NCBI GenBank assembly: GCA_973895155.1
Contig: OZ316893.1
Coordinates: 6,534,963-6,598,962, forward strand
DNA: 64,000 bases
From: Marsupella aquatica
Taxonomy: Eukaryota > Plantae > Marchantiophyta
Reading direction: 5' to 3'
Below, one piece after another: positions 12,671 through 23,680 of this stretch (position 1 is its first letter; every line of letters starts with the position of its first letter). The translations under genes were made by a program, and so were the position numbers. Below the pieces are notes generated by a model. The model was not told the DNA's origin. It did no database searches and saw nothing but the letters and a program-made list of their open reading frames with translations.

Positions 12671-14776
12671 TCTCCCTCTCCTCGACCTCGGGAAGGGCTG
12701 TGCAGATTCAGCTTCGGAAGTTGATAGGGTCGCGGTCGATCGAGTGACGCAAACAAAGACTAAGAGGACTCAGAATGACCACCATCAACCTCCCCCATTC
12801 CCGTATCACCCAGCCAAAAGTTGCCATGGAGAGCGACTCGACCACCCGGCACTGTCGTACACACCGTGCAGTTCTTGTCACGATCACGTCTCAAAATGTA
12901 CGGGACCAATAAAGGATGCACATACGCACTTGACAAACTCGTACAGTCCGAGGTCTGAGTGCTTAGACGGACTAAATTATCCCAAATGAGCGATCTCCAC
13001 CTTGTATTAATACACCGATACAATGGACCCAGCCATTCGATTACAACGGTCCCAAGTATAGATGGCATTCTCCGATTGGACTTTCATCCCAAACAAAATC
13101 AAAAAGGGTTTCGTGAACCTCAATCTATTGTAATATTACCATTGGAAAGTGACCGTTGGAAAGTGACCGTTGGAACCACATCATTATCGGTAGTTGTGGA
13201 TAGCGCCAGGCGCTATTATAAAACATACCTTCAAATGTATCTGGAAAACCGTCTTGATGTATCTACGGGCAGTAATATCAATACTATTGTCTATAAATTT
13301 TCCAATTTTGTGCAGGTGTCGACAAGCCGAGTTTAGTACCGCTCGGCGCTAGTATTCAAATAAATGATGAAATTGGAGTCCAATGACAACAAACATGACC
13401 ACATGAACATCAATTGAACAGAATTTGTTGGAATAAAAGTAAAAAATAACTCCTAACGGGTCTGACTTCTGATTCCTTTAATTAATAGCGCCCAACGCTA
13501 TCCAAAACAATTTAAAGATAAGACATGTCACGACAGTGTTAAGGACGCTTTGTTTCTCATGATAGCGCCGAACGCTACTAAAAGCATTCACAGCAAACGA
13601 GTGTTTACGACAATTTCAAAGAAATCGAGCAGGCTTGCATTCAAAAATACAAAGCAAGCACAGGAGTAGAACCGGAAATTAAAGCTTGGTATTCTAAATT
13701 CAAAAGCATTGACACCAAGGTAAAAATGAATGGCTGTGCCGTTCACATACAAAATGTTATAGTACACTAGAAATCCGGCATACAATGAAGGAACGGTATA
13801 CGTTTTCTATCGGAAAAAACGAGTGGAAACAGATCCTATCAACCTCGATGGATCCTCCAAGTCTGTCCAGCACTCGAACGATATGCTCTGACAACGGGAA
13901 ATCAGTCTTCCCACCAACCTGGCTTGTACGCATCGGAGTCGTCATTCAATTTGCTCGATCCATACCACGAAAATCCTCGCCTGCTCGGTGATGAGTCCCC
14001 GCTCGAAGAACGATCACTCTCAGTGGATGAAGAAGGCTCGGAGACACCCGTGCAGATAGTGTCGGCTCTGGGACAGCGGGAGATATCCCTAGTGGGAACA
14101 GAAGTCGGGCCGCTCGGATTTGGCCGACTGGATCCTTTGCTGCGGCCCGCAGGTGGGGCATTCTTCATCTTCGAGATGAGTTTGCCCTTCTTCGAGATTG
14201 GAACCGTCATCCTCTCGGCATTCGGCCGAGGCGGTAAGCTATTTGATGCGGGGCTCTCCCGGTCGGTGTCGCTCGGGACAAGTACCTCCTCCTTTGCCTT
14301 CCCTCATGGAGGTGCCATTGAAAGTGAGGACGAGGACGAGAACAAGAAGCGCAAACAAGAACGCGAATGAGGACAAGAGCGCGAACTAGGACGAGAATGA
14401 AAAATGAGGACGACAACGAGAACAAGAACCCGCATGAAAGCAAAATAGAACCACTGGGCCCGAAAGCAAGAACCAGAACCACGCGCCCAAAAGATGAGTC
14501 ACAACTGCGACTCAGTGAAGAATGGCTCAACAATGAGGACATCGGATGAGAACGTCGAGATATAAGGAGAATTGGCACTTGGTCCTGGGTACCCACTTCG
14601 AAGAGGACTCTCTGAGAGAACTTTTGGAGACGCTTCCTTTCTGACACATTTGGACCCGGGTGGATCGGATTCAAGAAGATCCAATGGAGATCTTCAAGCG
14701 TGCCAACTTAATGACTCGTACTGTATTGCGTTATCGTACTTTTCCTTCCATTGAATGTTTTCAAGTCCATTCAAAT

Positions 14777-14923
14777 AGGTAGCGCCAGGCGCTATTATTA
14801 ATTGCCTTCATACTCCTCACCCAAGAATGTTTGCACCCAAAGGTAGCGCCAGGCGCTATTATTATTGGCATTCGTAGTCCTCACCCAAGAGTGTTTTACA
14901 CTTAGAGGTAGCGCCAGGCGCTA
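14777..14923. repeat. ~64-bp tandem array with 3 palindrome-bearing units (third partial), upstream of the transposase start
   Basis: AGGTAGCGCCAGGCGCTATTATTA...TCCTCACCCAAGA repeated. Confidence 0.85.
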
Positions 14924-15098
14924 GTAACTATGAACCCAAATCCTGCCGTTGGTAAGACGACAAAACATCATTGATGGAGTGCGTCCAAATCTATAACGAC
15001 TCTATAGTGAGAATGAAATGTTTACTTCTCGTACTCGAATCTCATGATAAACATATTTCATTTCGCGCGGGGCAAAGGCATATCCCTCTTTTGAAGCC

Positions 15099-17840
15099 AT
15101 GGCTCAAAATATCATTGTCACGAGGAAGGACACTCGGGATGTAATCACAATTCCCATCCTCGAATCATTTGAATCAAAGCATGTTTCAGAGGAATATTTG
15201 GGAGTGAGATTTGATGTCGCCAGGAGTCTATTTTAGCGATATCGTTAGTATCGGTTTGTTTGGGGGAGACTCCAGTTTTCTACGATGTTGTTCATGGTCA
15301 AAGATATTGGACTCTGGAGGCTCAAAAAGAATATGAGGTTTTTGTTTTGAGAGATTCTGGGGCCTCCTGTACTCGTCCTCCCACAGCGGCTGAACTCGAT
15401 GTCATCGAACTCTCGGAAAGTTTTGGAGATGATAAGCAAGCGACAACTATTCTCGGAGAGAAGATTCCAGTTTACCCATCCGAGGTTAAAAAGGAGTCTA
15501 ATGCGGATCGAGAAAAGATTGTGCCTTTGATTGCGTACCGGCAGAGTGCAATGGATACAATCTTGAAATCCAAAGGTCATAGTGAATTGTCTCGGTTTAT
15601 AAGGGGGAGTGATTTTGTTCATCACGTAGTGCCTAGTCTTCCCACATCTTACAATGGGAATGTGGTTTTTGAGTTACCCCCGGTAGACTGTGTGAACGCA
15701 AAAGGTGAACGTTTGAAAGATATGGATCATGGTAAGGATTGTTATTATTGGACTCGGATTGTGAAAACGTCTTCAAATGTTCTTTCGAAGAAAATGTGGG
15801 ATTTCAGGAAAGTCCAGTGTACGGGATCACTGCAGTGTCAAAATAATGCTTGTCCGTAGTGGAAAGACAACAAGTTTTGAAATAATGAGATGTGGGCAAG
15901 AACCCCAAAACTTTCGGGCCCATTCCGAGTTGGAGAGTTGATCTCCAAAGGTGGAGTTGTTTGTCACCATTGCTCCGAACCTCCGATGTGCGTTGAGGCC
16001 TGCCCTGCTCTAATGTTCTACATGTATCCATCTGCGAAAGTTGACGTTAAGTCTTTGGCCCACATGTCGCAACTAGCTGTTCATATGGGATTTCACAATC
16101 ATCCCAGTCGACGGGTCTTTTCGAGGGAGGCAAAAAAGGTTGCAAGGTCTCATTTGGAGAAGGGATTCATTGCAAACCCTATGGCATCCCCAACAGGGAT
16201 AAAAAACTCTACGACTGAGACACTGACGAATACATTTTGCGAGGCCTCTATTGAAGAAATCTCTCGAAGAAGAGAAGGAAATTTGGGAGTCCCTGATGGT
16301 CGTGACATCTCCTCAGAAGTTTGCATCCGTGTTAAGGAGTGTACGTCAAGATCAGAAGGGGAAAGGGGAACTGGAATTTCTTGTGAGGATGCAAAAGTGT
16401 ATCCGACTGCCTTTTCTTCATAGGTTCTTGCTCCCTGGTCAAGGTTGCCGGGACGAGAGTGCTCATATCTTTAAAATGACCGTAAAAGGTGACGGGAGTG
16501 GTCTGGACCTGCTCCAAAGAATGAAACCTGGTGGGTCGTTAGAGGGTTCATGGGTAAGTTTTGACGTGATGCATCGAAGCACGGTAGATTGGCTTACTTT
16601 CAGTGCCCATGTATATGATCATCATTACCGGGCACTTTGCACCATATTTACTTGTGAGCTAAAGGCCGAAGATGCAAAATCTCTGGAGAGAGCCTGGCGT
16701 TTGATGCTAGAGGTTGCCGATGAATATGGTTTACAAGATGTTACAATTCGGGGATTCATGGCAGACAATGCTCAGGCTGGTTGGAATGTTGTTCGATACG
16801 TGTTCTTTGACGGTGTACTCGACCCAGAGCGAGAAAGATCAGATGCCTTTCATTTTTTCCAATCTTTTCATCGTCATTCCCGAGAAGGTGTGAAAGATGG
16901 AAAGCACGGAGAGCACAAGGAGATGTGGGATCGTCTTCGGAACACGCCAACTTTCTTGAAAGCATATCGAATCTCGAGGGAAATCGATGACTGGTGGAGG
17001 TTTGGCAATTGTCACTCAGGCAAACTTCGGATGCTGCAAGGGTGGCTGTCTTGGTGGGTTGTGTGATGGAGACAATGGGGGAACTTCATAAGACTGGTGA
17101 GTTATACACTGCTCTAGGATGCATGGTCCCATTAATAGCGCTCGGCGCTAGTGAAGCATGTGTGAGATAGAAGAGTTCCTTATCCGCAAGAGTAGCGCCG
17201 AGCGCTAATAATCCGTTTGGACTATGAGTGATGTAAGGACTACCTTTATTCTGTGTTCAACGATTCTTTACATGAAAATATCATCATCAGTTTATTAGCG
17301 TCTGGCGCTACTATTATTTCCATTGTGTTGCCACTTTTGTGTGCAATTTCTTACATGTACTAAACCCTTGCATGCAATGTTTCAGAGCAAGAGTGCCGAA
17401 GAAGCTGGGATGATTCCTAATTGTACTTGTTCGAAATCTAGGCATGCTGGAATGAAAGCATGGCAACAGAAAAAAAAGTGGGTCTGTTTGAAGGATGCAA
17501 AACAGACCAAAATAGAGCGGTTGCTCAAATTGCTGCTTATACTGCGTACAAAAGGGGATTGAGCAGAGGAACTGGCCCAACTATTTTTGAGCTTGCCTTC
17601 AGATCGGCGGACCTGGCGGGGTTACCGCATCTCTTTGAGGAAGCCACCAATCTCCTCCTATCGAACGCTGTTGAGTTTGATTTGGAAAGAAGCGTCCATT
17701 GAATGGTGATGTTGTAACTCGATCAGTGAAACAAAAAGGACATGCAACTGGGAACGTCTCGGTAGAAGACTCGCATAGGCATGATACCATCCTTGTTACT
17801 TCACCAAATACAAAAGGTTTGAAAAGGAGAAACCTGCATT
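15099..17840 (+). pseudogene. MULE-like transposase, 5' part (GCM/WRKY-like Zn domain and DDE core)
   Basis: KVQCTGSLQCQNNACP...CHHC...C...HMGFHNHP; SFDVMH (D1); FMADNA (D2); DAFHF in the CxxH position; PNCTCSKSRH where N..ESxH is expected. Intron ~17096-17385. Multiple stops and frameshifts. Confidence 0.75.
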
Positions 17841-18614
17841 CACTAGTACATTATGAGGCCAATTTCCGATATGGACACCTTTGGATCCCTTTGTAAACTT
17901 TTGCCAAGAAAAACATCTCATCCGACTCTAAACGTATCGCAAATTCCGACTCTCAACCCATCGGATAACGACAATCGGAAGATAATAGGACTTTGCGATA
18001 CAAAAATTAACGCACTTTGCGTACCCAACAATAACGGAAAAGAAGCCGTCCGATGTTCTGAAAATCGGAAATGGAAGAGGGGAGCCGATACACTTCCGAT
18101 ACAGTTCCGATCCGTAAAGAATCGGACTTTGGGTAACTGCAAATATCGCATATTGCGTATCAAAAGGTTACGCAAAGACCGTAAATAAACGTATCGAACA
18201 TACCGTCATTTGAAAGATCGGAAATACCGTTACTAGGAGTATCGGAAAGACCGTAACCGAGAATATCGGAAAGATCGATTCTTTGGGGATGGCAAATTCC
18301 GAGTTTTAGAGAATCGGACATTCCAATATTTTTAAGATCGGAGGAGTATCGGATAATTGAAGGGGTAAAATTTCCGATTATTAGTTTTGGGGGTGTGGGG
18401 GTTACAATGTTGGGATGCATGGAAGTGAGCATGGGTAGCAAGAATGGTACAGTGAGACTCAAAAGGGGGAAAACCCCTGCCATTATATATACAAAAGAGG
18501 ATGGCCTCCTCTAGCATGGAAAGTACAACCTTTACATGTACAGGTGTATAATCCATCTCAACCTGCATGGTATCGCGGCCTACCTACAAATAGTCCTATG
18601 CTAAGCTACCTGGC

Positions 18615-21376
18615 CTATCCATATGTTGGTGCATGTCGTCCCTTCCTCTTCTTGGCACGAGGGCGATAACTCTCTGGTCGGGTAGTGGCATCTGGCACTA
18701 ACCCTAGGACCCTATCAATGACAGCATGAGATCCAGTTGCAGCTGTGGTGCTTGGAGCTATTGCGGTACCAACGTCACCAACATCACCTTCTAAGTCATG
18801 AGAAGGCACTGTAACACCCCCAGCATCGAAGCAAGTATGAAATGATGCACTTCCACTACCCCCTTGGGCTGCAGAGTGGTGAGACCCTGCACCTCCACTA
18901 GCCCCTGACTGGTGAGATGGAGTCCCATCACCAATGCCACCAACTGCAGTCCCACTCACCCTGTTGGCCCCTGAATGACCACGAGCAGTGCTCCCACCCC
19001 CACTAGCCCCTCCACCACTAGCCCCTGAATGGCAAGAACCATTCCCGCCAACAACCCCTGAATGGCGGCGAGAACCACCATGGGGCCCACTACCAACCCC
19101 CCCACCAGACCCGGGCCTGTGAGAACCACTATGGGCCAGTGTACTACCCCGCCCACCAGCACCTGCAGATCGATCAAAACCGCCCCGGCGCCCACTACCA
19201 CTTGTCCCAACACCACCTCCAGCAGCTGTAGCACCCCCACTACCTCCTGCTGCTCTACGGCCACCTACATCACCATCAGTCCTCCGTCTGGAATGACTTC
19301 CTCGAGTCCCTCGGGATGTGCCGCCAATCAAGCGAACAGGGGTGGGTGCCACACTCCCCTCCTCAGCCTCAGCCTCAGACTCTGAATCTGAGGCCCCCGA
19401 ACCCTCCTCGGCTGAGTCCAAACCCTCCGACTCCTCATTTGACTCCTACATACATGTAAGCAACCATGAACCCAAGTGTTAGTGTTGCAAATGACCTACA
19501 AGGGAGTGATTATAACCATGTTGCATTCAAAGGTTAGAAATATGGTTTTCAATTGTGCATATACTTACCGACCCCAACTCGTCCTGCATGTGAAGTTTCA
19601 GAGCCCGCGTTCCAAATTTCTTAGCCAACTCTCTCTCAGGTGGCAAGATTGGGCGTCCATGCTCTCGCTCCTGCACCATACTCAAGATAATAATTAACCC
19701 CCCTCCCCGGCAAATGAGAATAAAATTGAAACCCCCCATTACTTGAAATACATTATTTTAAAAGTTAATCCCTACCAAATCCCCCACATTACTTAATGAA
19801 TAATAATCCCTACCTAGCCCCACACATTACTTAGAAAAATTCCCTAACACCCCCACATCCCTTTCAACTCATGGGTATCACTACCCACTCTACCTATATA
19901 AAATACTCCCTTATTATCGTGGCCTAACTATCGCAAAAAGCAACGACAACCTAAGCCCGGCACTCCTTAAAAAAACAAACCCCCCGGCGTGGCCTAAAAC
20001 AGTCAAATATTCAAAATTTTGAATTTTTCCGATGCTTCCCTAATCGGACCCCTCCACCCTAAACCCCGAAACCTAAGGTCCGATGCAGGGTTCGATTCTC
20101 AGGTAATCGGACCATAATCGGAAGCCTTGCGTCCAAAACCCATAAGAGAGAGTCCCACTCCATTTCTGACTCTTCAGCAATCGGAATAGAATCGGAAACA
20201 GAAAAAAATAAGGACACATCAAAACTTGCGATACAGGCTCGATAACAAACGCACAGGGATAAGAGGGGAGGTCTGGGAGGACTTATGCAGGCATAGCCAA
20301 GGTTGTGCCTGAGGTGATCAGGGAGAGGGAGGACCCAATTTCAAGATGAAAATTCAGCAAGGAGGCGAGCAAGGAGGAGGGGAGCAGAGGACTTACAAAC
20401 TCTGCTTTGAGATGATGCGCTCCACCCTGCCCCATTCGGTGAGTAACTGCAGGTCTCTTCTCCACCCTCTCAATTGCATTTTGAATGTAAAGTGGAGGGT
20501 CTCCAAGCAGTGCTAATTTGGCCTCCCATTCCATTAAGTTTTGCTGCAGGAGGGGGATGTCAACAGTCTATCCAGAAAGGACCCTCTTCTCTGCCTCATC
20601 GAGCTCAGCCTGCCAGTGACGTCTCGCTTGCCAAGCACGAACCTGTAGCTCAGCATCAATCCAAGCAGACCAGGCATCAGTTGGTATCTCTGCCTGATCA
20701 CCTCTGCCTCCTCCTTACAATCTGCCAGGTAGTTCCTCATCTTTTCTCTCACATTATTACGTCTATCTGCAAGTGAACGTGAGATCTCTTCTTTCTTCTT
20801 CCCCCAGTAGTCTAAGGGGCTGAAATTTGCCCTCAACACCTGCCCTAGCTGACTTCTGAACAAATTGTAGCTCTTTGTCATCGGAGCTCCTCCCTTATTA
20901 ATGAACAATTTTGGCCGTTTGGCCCTTTCCTTTGCTCGTAGCCTCTCTTCCTCAATCCTTGCCCTCTCTGCAGCTCGAGCCTCCTTTCTAAGCCTCTTCT
21001 CTCTTTCTTGTGGTGAGAGGGCCTCCACTGGCCTGCCTTTCCTCTCCTCCTTCCTTCTCCTTTCCTTTCTCTAGCCTCTCCATGGAAGCCTTCTCTGCTT
21101 CACTTATGGCAGATTGCCTGGATTTGTCAATCAGGCCCTGGGTCAATTGAGCTGCTATGGCTGCAGCTTCAGCAGACAGGCCTGCTTGCCTCTTGAAAAT
21201 CTCTGCCATAATGTCTGAGATCTGCTGTGACGGCCCTGCTCCATCTCCACCCACCCTGGCTGCTCCGTCTCCTCCCCCCCAGCCGTGCCATTCCCCTCCA
21301 TAGCCTCGACCTCCAATGCGTGCTCCTCCACTTTGTGTTCACTCGGCAGCTCCTCCCAAGTTGCATCCGAAACCAA
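18615..21376 (-). pseudogene. TnpA-like gene of CACTA-2 (frameshifted, about 3 exons), antisense to its transposase
   Basis: Charged/coiled region, then THRMGQGGAHHLKAEF|intron|...EREHGRPI (Transposase_24-like) and a Gly/Ser-rich last exon ending in a basic NLS-like KKRK. GTAAGT donors near 20397 and 19569. Confidence 0.55.
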
Positions 21377-23459
21377 GCCCGATACAAAGACATTCGTACT
21401 TTAGTCGGGAAAAGTACCAAACCCTATTGTGCCCTCCATCCAACTTTTTAAGAATCGGAACATCCGATACTTGAACTATCGAAAACGGGATCGGAAATAG
21501 CGATGCTTAAAGTATCGGACCCCTCTTCCAATATGATCGGACTTAGCTTGTCCATTATTTTTTATGCCTTTAAGGATGGATTTATAATAAGTTAGTCAAT
21601 GGGGGGGGCTGGGGATGTGGTAAGGAAATGTAAGTTTAGTTGATGTGAAAACTTGCATTGTAATTGTAGGCCTGGTTGAGTAGCCGGATTTTGTTTGGGC
21701 GATGGGGTTCTTGAATAAAAGCCGGTTATAGGTGCGGTAACATCCCCCTTACGACAACATACTTTTGGGGTTGAACGGTATGATCATTGACCCACTCACA
21801 TTAAAAGTTTTGACAAATTTGTCCACCTTGTATGTGGATTTAATTTTGGGGGCCAAACAAAGTTAACCTCATGTGCGTGTATTGTGCAGTATTTTTTTGC
21901 GAAGGGTTGGGTCGTTCTCTTTGTTTGTATTTTTGTAGGTCCATTTTTGCAATGCATTATGCATCACGATAGGCCGTGCATCCGAAAGGTATGATATACT
22001 CCCTTTATCATTTGGAGGTGAGCACTTTAAGTATATATTTGGCTAAACTTTTTTCATTGATGGCCACAATATATAGTGGATATGATTCTATGGGGACATA
22101 TGTATAGATAAATTCTGATGGTATTCCTTTAATTGTGCAGAAATTTCGGATATTGTCTTAGCATATATTCTAAGGCCAAGATCCTAGTAGGCATTCACTA
22201 GTAGAAACCGGGGCAATTTAGACCATACCTTATAGGACTAAGCCCACTAAGTCCTTTTTCCATACTTGAAACGACTCGCACCCATTGCACCAGTTTTGTT
22301 GAAGACTACAAAAGACTATTAGTGTTTTATGGTTCACTAAAAGACTATGAGAAGTAACCTTGCTACTTTGTGAACGGTGAATAGTCTAGCACATCATGGG
22401 TAATGTTCACTTATGTTGAGGAGGGGTAATTCTGTAAAGAGGGAGATAGCAAGGGGCATAACTCAATAAATGGCCTTATTTGTGACAAAAAAGGTTTTGG
22501 AGTGAGGTTCATGGAGGGTGGACTACGGAGGGATCGATTACTAACTCCATCAATAAAAGGCCAAGATGCACAAAGGTAGATTTGTACCGGTCTCAAGGGG
22601 GTGTGGGTTTAGGGTTAGGGGGTTGTCCAGGCAAAGAACACTCGATTGAAATAGTGACGCAATGGTTTAGGGTAAAGGAACATGTTTAGGGACCCTAACT
22701 TGTTTGCTGCCTTGGGAGGATCTTGAGAGCCTAAGCTTGCAAGCGGCATGCACTCTAAAAATGGCCCTTGGCATTGCAAAGATAGTCTGGCCACAGTCGA
22801 GTTGTGAAGACGTTTAGGGGGTTTATATGTCAAGGCTAGGGGGTGGCTGGGTTTTCACTAAAGGGGGTTTAGGGGGGTTTGATGTCAAGGGTCGGGGGTT
22901 GCATGTTAAGGGGATGGGGGTTTAGGAACCATTGGATCGTTGGCATCATGTCCATTGACATCATGTTCCCCATCATGTCCATTGACATCATATATGTCGG
23001 GAAAGATAATTGACAAATTATTCATGAGGGTAGGCAATTTGGACAATGTTCAATTGTGTTCAGGAGGGGTAATTGCATAAATTAAGAGGGTGATGACAAG
23101 GGGCATCACTCATTAAATGGCCTTATTTGTGACCAAAAGAGGTTTGGTTTAATGAAGTTCGATCACCACAGATATTTGCTAAGGCCAAAGTATTTGTTTA
23201 GCGACACTACACTAAGTTGTCACTCACAACACTTGAGTGAATGGAGGGGGTTTATGGAGGGTCAGGATAATCTTGCCGTTACCATGTCGGCAACACCAGT
23301 GACTTTGGTAAGGGTATCCCAAGCTAGGGGCCTGTACCGCTTGCAGTACCGTTTGGACACCCGAGTCGCGCGACCGTTGGAAGGGAACAAGCCGGTTATG
23401 CAACTTTGCTTACACTTAGCAGGTTGTTGATGTGTTTAGGGATCCCGCCACATTCCCAA

Positions 23460-23680
23460 CTTGCGGAGCAAGGTTTATTGTGTTCTCTTGGTGGGATCGG
23501 GAGTTTAGGGATTGGAGCAAGGTTTTATCGTGTTCTCTCGATGGGATTGGGAGCTTAGGGATCGGAGCAAGGTTTTCCGTGTAATCTTGGTGGGAACGTC
23601 TCTACAGTGAGGTTTAGTGTTCCCATTTTCTTGTGGTCGGCTCTGTGGAATCCGAGAAGAGGGATCGGGAGTTTAGGGAT
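23460..23680. repeat. ~50-bp imperfect tandem repeat (GGAGCAAGGTTT...GGGATCGGGAGTTTAGGGAT)
   Basis: About 3 units are visible. The block at 22420-22510 is also duplicated at ~23065-23150. Confidence 0.6.

Larger units (their letters stand above)
8622..17310. repeat. Dispersed 15-bp palindrome TAGCGCC(C/G)GGCGCTA, 16 copies here plus one at 45828
   Basis: Copies start at 8622, 8686, 9845, 9918, 10719, 12011, 13201, 13337, 13486, 13563, 14780, 14844, 14909, 17136, 17193, 17296 and 45828. All appear to be non-coding or intronic. Confidence 0.9.

Noticed and set aside
13757-14674. Overlapping ORFs on both strands between the two MULE genes
   Set aside because: Low-complexity GA/TC-rich sequence keeps several frames open and no domain was recognisable; it could be a decayed third gene, but I cannot support a call.
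14777-14923. CRISPR-like array (palindromic repeat with spacers)
   Set aside because: The intervening sequences are near-identical to each other, so this is a tandem duplication; no cas genes and a eukaryotic context.
17853-18483. ORFs in the CACTA-2 left end (and the 5' part of ORF 44505)
   Set aside because: They run through TCCGAT subterminal repeats and are chance open frames.
22600-22930. Interstitial telomere
   Set aside because: Only isolated GGGTTTAGG motifs, no tandem array.
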